64,000 nt of DNA from positions 1 through 64,000 of IMG/VR virus record IMGVR_UViG_3300025508_000006. The stretch is one strand, 5' to 3'. Source of the DNA: a virus. The number at the start of each line of letters is the position of its first letter. Positions within the stretch are counted from its first letter, which is position 1. Positions 8,267-17,441 of this stretch are shown here, piece by piece. The notes below the pieces were generated by a model. The model was not told the origin of the DNA, ran no database searches, and saw nothing but the letters and a program-made list of their open reading frames with translations. The position numbers and the translations under genes are program-made.

Positions 8267-8850
8267 GTTTAGCAAGTAAAGCAGGCGATCTGCTCTATAC
8301 CTTTCGATTCTTGAAGATGCTGACAACACCTTGGGATGAGACTGATGCATTTAAGTTAGGTCTTATTGATGAGAACGGTAAGCGAATCAAGAGCGAGAAA
8401 GTAGATTCCTCTGAAAAGAAAGTGGCGTTAGGTCCTTTCGTTCGTCTAGTGTTTAATGTCAAAAGAGCATTGGGCAAGTTGCCGGGTGGTAAGACTACTG
8501 TTGGTTCTTATGCGGCAGCACTCTTTCTACTCAAAGAACATTACAGTGTAGGTGAAAAGAATCTAACAAGAATATGTGTCGAAGCGGGTATTGATCCACT
8601 TGATATGATAGCAGAAGACCATGCTTGGTACGTACTTGAGAACAACCAATTATCACCAGGAATATATCGCGTAAAAGGTGATAAACTTCTTGGCGAAGGA
8701 CTCGAAGATGCAGTTCGTGCTAAAGACCAAATTCGTATACTTGACGAATCATTTCCAGTCGGTGATGTGTTCGGCATGAACGTGTATGAAGCAGTGCACC
8801 TAACTACTAACAAAATGGTGTATATCACACTAGGAGAAATCTACAAATGA
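8263..8850 (+). CDS. hypothetical protein typical of T4-like phages
   Basis: YTFRFLKMLTTPW..AFKLGLIDENG; ATGA overlap with upstream gene. Confidence 0.75.
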   Translation: MSLASKAGDLLYTFRFLKMLTTPWDETDAFKLGLIDENGKRIKSEKVDSSEKKVALGPFVRLVFNVKRALGKLPGGKTTVGSYAAALFLLKEHYSVGEKNLTRICVEAGIDPLDMIAEDHAWYVLENNQLSPGIYRVKGDKLLGEGLEDAVRAKDQIRILDESFPVGDVFGMNVYEAVHLTTNKMVYITLGEIYK

Positions 8851-9023
8851 AATCGTTCAAAGAATTTATGGTAGAAGAACCTACAGTCTCCACCGGTCCC
8901 GGTATCGCAGGCACAAGTCCTGGCGATCCTGCTGACTGGACATACGGAAAGAAGAAAAAGCGTAAACCCCTAACTCGTTCTTTTATAGAGATCATGGGCA
9001 AGCGTAAAAAACTTATCAAATAA
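8847..9023 (+). CDS. 58-aa basic protein with capsid-targeting-like N-terminus (not in ORF track)
   Basis: MKSFKEFMVEEPTVSTGPGIAG...KRKKLIK; AGGAG SD; ATGA overlap. Confidence 0.8.
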   Translation: MKSFKEFMVEEPTVSTGPGIAGTSPGDPADWTYGKKKKRKPLTRSFIEIMGKRKKLIK

Positions 9024-9036
9024 GTCTCAAAATAGA

Positions 9037-9065
9037 TTGACCTTTCTGTGAATGTGGTGTATAAT
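9037..9065 (+). promoter_or_regulatory. sigma70-type promoter for nrdAB
   Basis: TTGACC-17-TATAAT. Confidence 0.75.
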
Positions 9066-9118
9066 AGCACTATATAATTCACTAGACCCAAAAATAAAAT
9101 AACAGATGAGCAGAATAA

Positions 9119-11107
9119 ATGCCAGTAAAAATTGACAAGAAGCGTGACGCATTACTAAAGGATTACGCAGTAGGTATGTTGAAAGACTTCTACTTAAATG
9201 ATGATGAAAATTCTCCGCAAGAAGCATTCTCTAGGGCAGCAACTGCTTGGTCAAAATACGAAGGACAATTAGACGAAGAACTGGCACAACGTCTCTATGA
9301 TTTCGTATCAAAGAAGTGGTTCATGTTTGCTAGTCCTGTACTATCTAATGCTCCTACTGAGAAGAAGAAAGATAAAGGTATGCCTATCTCATGCTTTCTC
9401 ACTTATGTTCCAGATACATTAGAAGGACTAATCGGTCATACTTCAGAGTTGAGATGGTTATCAGTCTATGGTGGTGGAGTTGGTGGTCATTGGAGTGATG
9501 TGCGTACGGTATCTGATGTAGCACCTGGTCCTATGCCATTCTTACATACTGTCGATGCTGACATGATTGCATATAAGCAAGGTAAGACTCGCAAGGGTTC
9601 TTATGCCGCATATATGGATGTAAGTCACCCTGACATTATAGAGTTTTTGAATATGCGGGTGCCTACTGGTGACGTACAACGCAAAGCATTGAACTTGCAT
9701 AATGCTATTAACATTGACGACGATTTTATGGTTGCCGTTAAAAACAATCTCTCTTATGATCTACGTGATCCAAAAGACGATGCTGTCAAAGAGAGTATCA
9801 ACGCCCGTAAGTTGTGGGAACGTATTCTCGAAACCCGTTTCAGAACTGGTGAACCTTACTTAAACTTTATTGACACTGCAAACAACGATTTACCTCAACC
9901 ATTAAAAGATTTAGGATTGAAGATTAACGGTTCTAATCTATGCAATGAGATTCATCTTCCAACTAGCGCAGAACGTACCGCTGTTTGTTGTCTATCTTCA
10001 TTAAATCTGGAATACTACGATGATTGGAAAGATACGACTATTGTTCGTGACCTTATCCGTATGCTTGATAACGTCTTGCAGTACTTTATCGACGAAGCAC
10101 CTAACACAATTGAACGTGCAAAGTACAGTGCCGCACGAGAAAGATCGCTCGGACTTGGAGCGATGGGATTCCACAGTCTTTTGCAACGACATGGTGTTGC
10201 ATGGGAATCACAGGCAGCGCGGGAAATTAACGATGCTGTGTTTAGACACATTAATACCGAGGCGATTCTGGAAACTGAACTCTTGGCACAAGAACGTGGT
10301 GAATATCTCGATGGTAAGGGAAGTGGAAGGAGAAACAGTCATCTCATGGCAGTGGCACCCAATGCTTCGAGTGGAGTAATACTGAGTACTAGTCCTTCTA
10401 TTGAACCGACCAAAGCAAACGCATACACACACCGAACTAGAGCAGGATCGTTTCTTGTTAAAAATCCGTACTTGATTCAACTATTACAAGAGAAGGGTGA
10501 AGATAACGAGTCTAACTGGACAAGCATTATCACTAACAAAGGTTCTGTTCAGCACTTGCCGTTTCTTACAGAAGGCGAAAAGTCTATATACAAGACTGCT
10601 CAAGAACTAGATCAGAACTGGGTAGTTCAACACGCTGGTGAACGTCAGAAGTATATTTGTCAGGGTCAAAGTGTTAACCTATTCTTTCCTGCAGGCGCTC
10701 CTAAGTCGTATGTAAACAAAGTTCATATCAATGCATGGAAACTAGGACTGAAGGGACTGTACTATCTTCGTACAGAGGCAAAGTCTCGTGCAGAGAATGT
10801 ATCAGAGAAAGTAGAAAGAGTAGCACTAGAAGGTGATAAGCGAAGCGTAGTATATTCTAAACCAGATTGTCCATTCTGTCAACTGGCAAAAGAAGAAATG
10901 AGACTGCGTGGTATTCCATATGATGAAGTTAATCTAACTGAGGTAGGTAAGACAGCGGCAGAAGTGACTGGTCGTAAAGATGTTAAAACAGTTCCACAGA
11001 TTTATATCGGTGGTGAATATATTGGTGGGTATGAAGCACTTATGTCATACCTAGATAAAGAAGTTGAAAACGATGGCGATGACGAATGTCTCGCTTGTTC
11101 AGGATAA
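9119..11107 (+). CDS. nrdA: class I ribonucleotide reductase alpha subunit with fused glutaredoxin domain
   Basis: ISCF, SNLCNEI, VAPNASS, KGLYYLR, C-terminal CLAC; CPFC..TVPQIYIGG before the tail. Confidence 0.95.
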   Translation: MPVKIDKKRDALLKDYAVGMLKDFYLNDDENSPQEAFSRAATAWSKYEGQLDEELAQRLYDFVSKKWFMFASPVLSNAPTEKKKDKGMPISCFLTYVPDTLEGLIGHTSELRWLSVYGGGVGGHWSDVRTVSDVAPGPMPFLHTVDADMIAYKQGKTRKGSYAAYMDVSHPDIIEFLNMRVPTGDVQRKALNLHNAINIDDDFMVAVKNNLSYDLRDPKDDAVKESINARKLWERILETRFRTGEPYLNFIDTANNDLPQPLKDLGLKINGSNLCNEIHLPTSAERTAVCCLSSLNLEYYDDWKDTTIVRDLIRMLDNVLQYFIDEAPNTIERAKYSAARERSLGLGAMGFHSLLQRHGVAWESQAAREINDAVFRHINTEAILETELLAQERGEYLDGKGSGRRNSHLMAVAPNASSGVILSTSPSIEPTKANAYTHRTRAGSFLVKNPYLIQLLQEKGEDNESNWTSIITNKGSVQHLPFLTEGEKSIYKTAQELDQNWVVQHAGERQKYICQGQSVNLFFPAGAPKSYVNKVHINAWKLGLKGLYYLRTEAKSRAENVSEKVERVALEGDKRSVVYSKPDCPFCQLAKEEMRLRGIPYDEVNLTEVGKTAAEVTGRKDVKTVPQIYIGGEYIGGYEALMSYLDKEVENDGDDECLACSG

Positions 11108-11119
11108 GAGAGTAGATTA

Positions 11120-12157
11120 ATGGCATTATTAGAATTCAGTAAAAGTTACAAACCATTCGCCTACCCATGGGCAGTGGACTTAGTGAAGAAGCACGAAGAA
11201 ATTCACTGGGTGGAAGATGAAGCGGAGTTAAGCGAAGACGTACAAGATTGGAAAACAAAGTTAAGTGAAGAAGAGAAGGAGTTTGTTACACAGATTCTAC
11301 GTCTCTTTACACAGTCAGATGTTCAAGTAGGCGAGAACTACCATGAGTTGTTGATCCCTAAGTTTAAGAACAACGAGATCCGCAATATGCTATCGTCCTT
11401 TGCTAATCGCGAAGGTGTGCATCAACGTGCATATGCTCTATTGAACGATACACTTGGATTGCCAGACGAAGACTTCCACAAGTTTCTTGAATACAAAGCG
11501 ATGGCAGAGAAACTTGACTTCATGAAAGAAGGCAGCATCAATACACATACAGGTCTTGCATTAGTATTGGCACAGTCAGTATTCAACGAAGGTATGAGTC
11601 TGTTCTCTTCGTTCGTTATGCTATTGAACTTCCAGCGTTTTGGTAAGATGAAAGGCATGGGTACTATTGTTGAGTGGTCTATCCGCGATGAAACTCTACA
11701 CGTACAAGGCAACGCTAAGTTGTTCCGTGAGTTCTGCGAAGAGCATCCGCGTATTGTCAATGATGAATTGAAGTCGAAGATTTATCAGATGGCAAAGAAT
11801 GCTGTTAAGTTAGAAGATAAGTTCATTGACTTGGCATACAACAATCACGAGATCGAAGGTCTAGCAAAAGAAGATGTTAAGCAATACATACGACATATTG
11901 CTGATCGACGTTTGTTACAACTAGGCATGAAACCTAATTTCAAAGTTAAAGAGAATCCATTACCTTGGTTAGACTGGGTATTGAATGGTGCTTCACACGA
12001 CAACTTCTTCGAGAAGCGCGTTACAGAATACTCGGTGAATGGCATGGATGGTGATTGGGGATGGGATGAAGATGAAGAACCTATCGTTTGTGGATTAGAT
12101 GGAACGTTTCATCAATCCATCACGTGTGGATTAGATGGAACAGGACGTCCTGCATGA
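11120..12157 (+). CDS. nrdB: class I ribonucleotide reductase beta subunit
   Basis: FTQSD, EGVHQRAY, EG..LF.SF, RDETLH, NFFEKRV. Confidence 0.95.
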   Translation: MALLEFSKSYKPFAYPWAVDLVKKHEEIHWVEDEAELSEDVQDWKTKLSEEEKEFVTQILRLFTQSDVQVGENYHELLIPKFKNNEIRNMLSSFANREGVHQRAYALLNDTLGLPDEDFHKFLEYKAMAEKLDFMKEGSINTHTGLALVLAQSVFNEGMSLFSSFVMLLNFQRFGKMKGMGTIVEWSIRDETLHVQGNAKLFREFCEEHPRIVNDELKSKIYQMAKNAVKLEDKFIDLAYNNHEIEGLAKEDVKQYIRHIADRRLLQLGMKPNFKVKENPLPWLDWVLNGASHDNFFEKRVTEYSVNGMDGDWGWDEDEEPIVCGLDGTFHQSITCGLDGTGRPA

Positions 12158-12303
12158 TAGAAGATACTCGTAGATTTATGACTGAATGTCCTGTGTGTGA
12201 TAGTAACTGTTTTGTCGATGTGTTAAACGTCGATGAGGCAGTGATCTACTGTCCCATGTGTGGTACTGAAGCAGAAGTGGAAGAGGTTTTCATAGAAGAC
12301 TAA
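12154..12303 (+). CDS. small zinc-ribbon protein
   Basis: CPVC...CPMC; ATGA overlap with nrdB stop; AGGA SD. Confidence 0.7.
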   Translation: MIEDTRRFMTECPVCDSNCFVDVLNVDEAVIYCPMCGTEAEVEEVFIED

Positions 12304-12333
12304 ATAGTGTTATCTTCAATCAAGGTAACACTA
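12299..12333 (+). promoter_or_regulatory. late-promoter variant plus RBS-sequestering hairpin
   Basis: ACTAAATA followed by tagtgttatctt-caatc-aaggtaacacta, ending 1 nt before ATG 12335. Confidence 0.55.
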
Positions 12334-12334
12334 A

Positions 12335-13954
12335 ATGAAACCCACTATAGCATTGTATGAGGGTCATGATACTAATCTAACAGTACATGATCCTAATACC
12401 GACTCGTTCTACATATATGAATTTGAACGTGTTTCTGGTATTAAACATCATAACACAAAACTTCGTGATGAAGCATCTACTTCAGATAATGTTCTTTATC
12501 TCAAAAAAATTCTGAATCATCTTGAAGAAGTTCATGGTATAAAAAATGACTTCAAAACATTAATCTTCAAACCCATTTGGTTTGATGTTTCGTTCATTGA
12601 TCGCACTTGCATCAATGCAGACGAAGAAGTTCAACAATCCAAGGTTCCCGATCACCACGACTATCATGCGTGGAGCGCATATGGTCAGGCACCAGAATCC
12701 TTCGAGAACACCGCGTGTTTAACGTATGATGGTTGGGGTGATAACACTTCATTCAAGTACTCATGTTTCGAAGGTATCAATCGTCACTCAGTTCAATCCA
12801 TGAGACACAACTTCTCGATGGTCTATACTGCTGTCGCACACTCACTCAAAATACTACACGGCACTCTGGACCTTGATCTTCCGGGTAAACTGATGGGATT
12901 ATCCGCATATGGAGAATTGAATGATGAATGGGTAGATATAATGAAAGACGCCATTTCATCTAATTGGTGGAGTGAAGATGTAAGGGACCGTCATTGGAAC
13001 GACGAAAATAATCCATTGCTTATAATGAGAAATCGTATTGGTACTTGCATTCAAACTAATAATTATAAATTAAAACTGAAGAATAATAAAGCGTTCTCTC
13101 TTGCTAGGTCTGCGCAGGTTGCGTTCGAAGAGGGTATCGTAAAAACTATTAGAGAAGAGTTTCTTGACAAGATCGAAGCACACGATAACAATCTATTAAT
13201 ATCTGGTGGTAGTGCATTAAACGTTCTTGCTAACGAAGCAATCAAACGTGCGTTTCCTCACATTAATATATTCATCCCACCAAACTGTCATGACGGTGGT
13301 CTAAGTTTTGGTATGCTATACGAACATCTAAAGACATCTAAGAAGTACAATGTCACACAATCTGGTCCAAGAATATTCGACTACAAATATGTCGATCCAA
13401 TGATTAAACTGTATGGCGCAAAGAAAGTGGATACTAATGATATTGCTACCCTACTTAAAGAGCAGAAAATAGTAGGAATGGTGATTGGTAACATGGAAGT
13501 GGGACCTAGAGCGTTAGGCAATCGTTCTATACTATGTGATGCATCTAATCCTAAGATGAAAGACACACTCAATGCTAGAGTGAAGTTTCGAGAGTGGTTC
13601 AGACCGTTCGCTCCTATATGCAGAAAGGAAGATGCACCTAAGTATTTTTACTCTCCTAACTTCGATAACATGGAATGTATGCAATTCGTCGCAGATGTGT
13701 TGCCAGAGTATCAAACTAAACTGTTCTCTATAACACACTATGATGACACTGCCAGACTACAGGTGGTGACGGAGGAGAGCAATGCCGCAATCTATGACAT
13801 ACTGACAGCGTTCGATGGAGTACTAATAAACACTTCCTTTAATGTTCAAGGTAAACCTATTCTAAATACAATTGATGAAGCATTTCATGTTTTACAAAAT
13901 ACTGGATTAGATCATATAGTGGTAGAGTATGAAAATGAATATTGGTTATTTTAG
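12335..13954 (+). CDS. O-carbamoyltransferase (NodU/CmcH/TobZ family)
   Basis: GHD, HHDYHA, DGWGD, GKLMGLSAYG, SGGSALN, EVGPRALGNRS, RPFAP, NTSFN. Confidence 0.92.
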   Translation: MKPTIALYEGHDTNLTVHDPNTDSFYIYEFERVSGIKHHNTKLRDEASTSDNVLYLKKILNHLEEVHGIKNDFKTLIFKPIWFDVSFIDRTCINADEEVQQSKVPDHHDYHAWSAYGQAPESFENTACLTYDGWGDNTSFKYSCFEGINRHSVQSMRHNFSMVYTAVAHSLKILHGTLDLDLPGKLMGLSAYGELNDEWVDIMKDAISSNWWSEDVRDRHWNDENNPLLIMRNRIGTCIQTNNYKLKLKNNKAFSLARSAQVAFEEGIVKTIREEFLDKIEAHDNNLLISGGSALNVLANEAIKRAFPHINIFIPPNCHDGGLSFGMLYEHLKTSKKYNVTQSGPRIFDYKYVDPMIKLYGAKKVDTNDIATLLKEQKIVGMVIGNMEVGPRALGNRSILCDASNPKMKDTLNARVKFREWFRPFAPICRKEDAPKYFYSPNFDNMECMQFVADVLPEYQTKLFSITHYDDTARLQVVTEESNAAIYDILTAFDGVLINTSFNVQGKPILNTIDEAFHVLQNTGLDHIVVEYENEYWLF

Positions 13955-13967
13955 GGAATTATAACAA

Positions 13968-14423
13968 ATGTGGAATATGAACGAAAGTGTATTCGAACCT
14001 GACGAAGAATTCCTTAAAGATTATGTAGGATTTGTGTATCGTATCACTGAGATAGATACCGGTAAGATGTATATAGGAAAGAAGTTCTTCTGGAAACCTA
14101 AGACACTGCCTAAGAACTCTGTACGTAAAAGAAAGATAAAAATGAAAGTTCCTTCGGACTGGCAGAAGTATTACGGTTCGAGTGAACATTTACTTGAGTC
14201 GATCAAGAGAACTGGTGTTGATAACTATCACCGCGAAGTTCTAAAGTTATGTAGAACAAAAGGCGAATGCTCCTACTATGAGGCGAAGTTACAATTTGAA
14301 TACGATGTTCTGCTGGACGAACAATACTATAATGCCTTCATCGGTTGCAAAATACACGCAAAGCACTTACCCAAACCTGAGGTGTCTATGCGTCCCGCAG
14401 AACCTTGGCACAATAGACCTTAA
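13968..14423 (+). CDS. GIY-YIG nuclease
   Basis: GFVYRIT...KMYIGKK, YYGSS, conserved E and YYN. Confidence 0.85.
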   Translation: MWNMNESVFEPDEEFLKDYVGFVYRITEIDTGKMYIGKKFFWKPKTLPKNSVRKRKIKMKVPSDWQKYYGSSEHLLESIKRTGVDNYHREVLKLCRTKGECSYYEAKLQFEYDVLLDEQYYNAFIGCKIHAKHLPKPEVSMRPAEPWHNRP

Positions 14424-14426
14424 ACT

Positions 14427-16175
14427 ATGAGAAATCTAATCGCCGCCAATTGGGGTCATGACGCCGCACTATGTTTCTGGAATGATGTTACAAAAACATT
14501 TCATACTATTGAGATAGAAAAATTAGAAGGTATAAAACACTATAGAGGTCACTATCGTAAGGACGAGGAACTAGAAATTCTCAAACGGTGTGCTAAGATA
14601 GCAGAAGAAGAGTTTGGCATACCTAATGATTATCATTGCATTATTCGTGGCAATGTATTAAATGATATTAAGATGCATCAAATAGAGACGAGCACTGGTC
14701 GTATCACAGACAATATTATTATGAATGATATGATGCTCGACCCTGATAATATTAATGCAGTATTTAATACTAAGCATATTGATGTCACATACCGTCATCA
14801 CGAAGCACATGCTTGGAATGGGTTTGCTCCTTCGGGATTTGACAAAGCAATCATACTTACTATGGATGGTGGTGGCAACGATGGGTTTACTCATTTGTTC
14901 ACTGCTGAGAATCCTGATAGACCTCTGACAAGTCGCACTAAACTACACGGAGTTCGAGCACATGGAAGGGACTATACACAAGCATGCCTATGGTCATTAT
15001 GGAGCATAATGCAAAGTACTGATTGTGGATTAGATGTTGCGGGCAAAGCAATGGGTGCATCATCATACGGTAATACAGAAAGTGATGCCTTTTCAACTGC
15101 CCAAAAACTTTATCTACGAAGTACAGAGACTTGGAAAAACTTTAGTCCAGGTAGAATGTTATACGAAAGGCATTACAATCAAACATTGAAAGACGGGACT
15201 AATAGTAAGACTAATTTTATTAGAGCGTTCAGTCCTTCGCCCGAACTATATAATCCTTATAAACTATTCGTGGACGAGACTGATTGGCAAACAGAATGTG
15301 ATTTGGCAAGAGGCATTCAAGATGCATTCGTTAAAGATGCGCTGGCATGGTTTGTAGGTATACTGAACCAACAAAAGATAAACCTAGATGACTATGACAG
15401 AAATGTGGTGTTCTCTGGTGGGTCTGCTTTAAATGTATTATTCAATGACGTGTTGCAGAAAAAGTTAAATATAAATCTATTCGTCCCACCTAATCCGGCA
15501 GACCAAGGTATACCTTACGGTATGCTTGTGCAATGGATGGTTGCGAATGAAATGAAATACTCTCGTGAAGAAACAACATACTCGGGTCAAAAGATACAAG
15601 ATTTAGATGAACTGCCGCACTATATAGATTTATATGCTGGTGAGGGAGCAACAGTCTCAGAGATAGCAAGTATTCTGAAAGACGATAAGATCATTGGATT
15701 CGTACAAGGTGGCATGGAAGTAGGTGCGAGAGCATTAGGCAATCGTTCTATACTTGCTGATCCCAAGGGCGAAGATAAGAAAGACAAAGTTAATGTAGTG
15801 AAGAGACGCGAAGCATATCGTCCGTTCGCACCAGTATGTAGACTAGAAGATGCTGAGACTTACTTCGATTCGATTCGTTATGACAATCTATCTTATATGA
15901 ATTTTGCGATAAAGACTCGTGAAGAACATATAGATAAGTTAAGAGCAGTTACTCATGTTGACGGTACAGCAAGAGTACAAACGGTCACGCGAGAACAGAA
16001 CGAAATATTATACGACTTATTAACAGAATTTGATGGTGTATTATTGAACACTTCTTTCAATGTGAAAGGATCTCCAATACTAAATACACTTAAAGAAGCA
16101 TTCTATATGCTGGACGAAACCACACTCGATCATCTGGTAGTTGTAGATGACAATCAATTAATATGGATTTTTTAA
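14427..16175 (+). CDS. second O-carbamoyltransferase (NodU/CmcH family)
   Basis: GHD, HHEAHA, DGGGND, GKAMG, GARALGNRS, RPFAP, HVDGTARVQ, NTSFN. Confidence 0.92.
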   Translation: MRNLIAANWGHDAALCFWNDVTKTFHTIEIEKLEGIKHYRGHYRKDEELEILKRCAKIAEEEFGIPNDYHCIIRGNVLNDIKMHQIETSTGRITDNIIMNDMMLDPDNINAVFNTKHIDVTYRHHEAHAWNGFAPSGFDKAIILTMDGGGNDGFTHLFTAENPDRPLTSRTKLHGVRAHGRDYTQACLWSLWSIMQSTDCGLDVAGKAMGASSYGNTESDAFSTAQKLYLRSTETWKNFSPGRMLYERHYNQTLKDGTNSKTNFIRAFSPSPELYNPYKLFVDETDWQTECDLARGIQDAFVKDALAWFVGILNQQKINLDDYDRNVVFSGGSALNVLFNDVLQKKLNINLFVPPNPADQGIPYGMLVQWMVANEMKYSREETTYSGQKIQDLDELPHYIDLYAGEGATVSEIASILKDDKIIGFVQGGMEVGARALGNRSILADPKGEDKKDKVNVVKRREAYRPFAPVCRLEDAETYFDSIRYDNLSYMNFAIKTREEHIDKLRAVTHVDGTARVQTVTREQNEILYDLLTEFDGVLLNTSFNVKGSPILNTLKEAFYMLDETTLDHLVVVDDNQLIWIF

Positions 16176-16879
16176 TGTTAAAATTTAAACAGTACATCAA
16201 TGAACAAGCAGAACTAGACCTAATCAACGAAGGCGTAAATGATCCTGCAATCTTTAAAGCAGTGTTTCTTGCTGGTGGTCCTGGTAGTGGAAAGTCATTC
16301 ATCGTTGGTAAAACTGGACTGGGTAGTTTTGGATTTCGTGTAGTCAACTCTGATGATGCATTTGAAAACGCTATGAAGAAAGCAGGCATGGAGATGAATC
16401 CAGATAACATCTTCTCTGTTAAAGGTCAAGAACTCCGTGGTAAAGCAACTAAGTTGACTGCCGCTAAACAAGAGATGTATCTTAAAGGTCGTCTCGGTAT
16501 TGTTATTGATGGTACTGGTAAAGATTCTGATAAGATTAAACAGCAACGTGCGAAACTAGAAAAGATGGGATACGATACTGCAATCATTGTAGTGAACACA
16601 AACTTAGAAACCGCTGTTGATCGTGACGCACAACGCCAACGCTCTATTGGTAAGAAGATGCTAACCCCGATGTGGCAGGCAGTGCAAGATAATATCGGAA
16701 CATACCAACAGATGTTTGGTCAAGAGAATACATTCATTGTTGATAACAGTGAAGGCAAAGACTTCAAGAAAGAAACTATGGCAGCATACAAGGGAATTGG
16801 TGCATGGTCTAAGAAACCAGTTAAAGATTCTCGTGCTAAGAAGTGGATTAAATCTGAGTTAAAAAATAAGACTAGATAA
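16175..16879 (+). CDS. P-loop kinase (zeta-toxin/polynucleotide-kinase-like) with capsid-targeting-like N-terminus
   Basis: Likely start ATG 16175 (MLKFKQYINE); GGPGSGKS, VNSDD, IVIDGT, R..R lid. Confidence 0.8.
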   Translation: MLKFKQYINEQAELDLINEGVNDPAIFKAVFLAGGPGSGKSFIVGKTGLGSFGFRVVNSDDAFENAMKKAGMEMNPDNIFSVKGQELRGKATKLTAAKQEMYLKGRLGIVIDGTGKDSDKIKQQRAKLEKMGYDTAIIVVNTNLETAVDRDAQRQRSIGKKMLTPMWQAVQDNIGTYQQMFGQENTFIVDNSEGKDFKKETMAAYKGIGAWSKKPVKDSRAKKWIKSELKNKTR

Positions 16880-16893
16880 TAGTAAGAAATAGG

Positions 16894-16922
16894 TTGACAG
16901 GCGTTTGCTGTTCGTGTATAAT
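16894..16922 (+). promoter_or_regulatory. sigma70-type promoter
   Basis: TTGACA-17-TATAAT. Confidence 0.85.
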
Positions 16923-16971
16923 GCACTTAGAACGTTTTATAAATGAATAAGATGAAGGTTGATTAACGAAG

Positions 16972-17403
16972 ATGAATCATAGTAAAAGATTAGAAGTATT
17001 TGAGATATTAGAAAAAGTAGCATCACAGAAAACTCGTCAAGACAAGATTAAGGTTTTGCGAGAGAATAATATTATGCCTTTACGTGATGTACTTCAAGGT
17101 ACTTTCGATCCTGCAATAAAATTTAAGTTGCCTGTTGGCACTCCTCCGTTCACCGAGAACGAAATTAATACAGCACCATCATCCCTACTAAGACACCACA
17201 GATTCTTTAAATATTTTGTTGAGGGTGTACAAGAGTGTGAACGCCTCAGCACAGTCAAGAGAGAGAAAATGTTCATCGACACTCTCGAAGCAATACATCC
17301 AGAAGATGCTAAAATTGTAATCTCAATGGTTGCAAAGAAGACCCCCGTGAAAGGATTGACTAAGAAATTAGTACAGGAGGCATTGCCTGACTTGATCCGA
17401 TAA
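16972..17403 (+). CDS. hypothetical protein typical of T4-like phages
   Basis: FDP.I.F.LP.G.PPF..KRE.MFI..LE.IHPEDA. Confidence 0.75.
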   Translation: MNHSKRLEVFEILEKVASQKTRQDKIKVLRENNIMPLRDVLQGTFDPAIKFKLPVGTPPFTENEINTAPSSLLRHHRFFKYFVEGVQECERLSTVKREKMFIDTLEAIHPEDAKIVISMVAKKTPVKGLTKKLVQEALPDLIR

Positions 17404-17441
17404 ATCATGTTCATTAACTAAACCCCTAATGGAGTACGCCT

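Noticed and set aside
13968-14423. Intron-encoded or mobile homing endonuclease
   Set aside because: Both flanking genes are complete, the gaps are only a few nt, and the protein lacks a long DNA-binding C-terminus.
16175-16879. Zeta toxin-antitoxin module
   Set aside because: No adjacent antitoxin-like gene is evident; only a general P-loop kinase call is supported.
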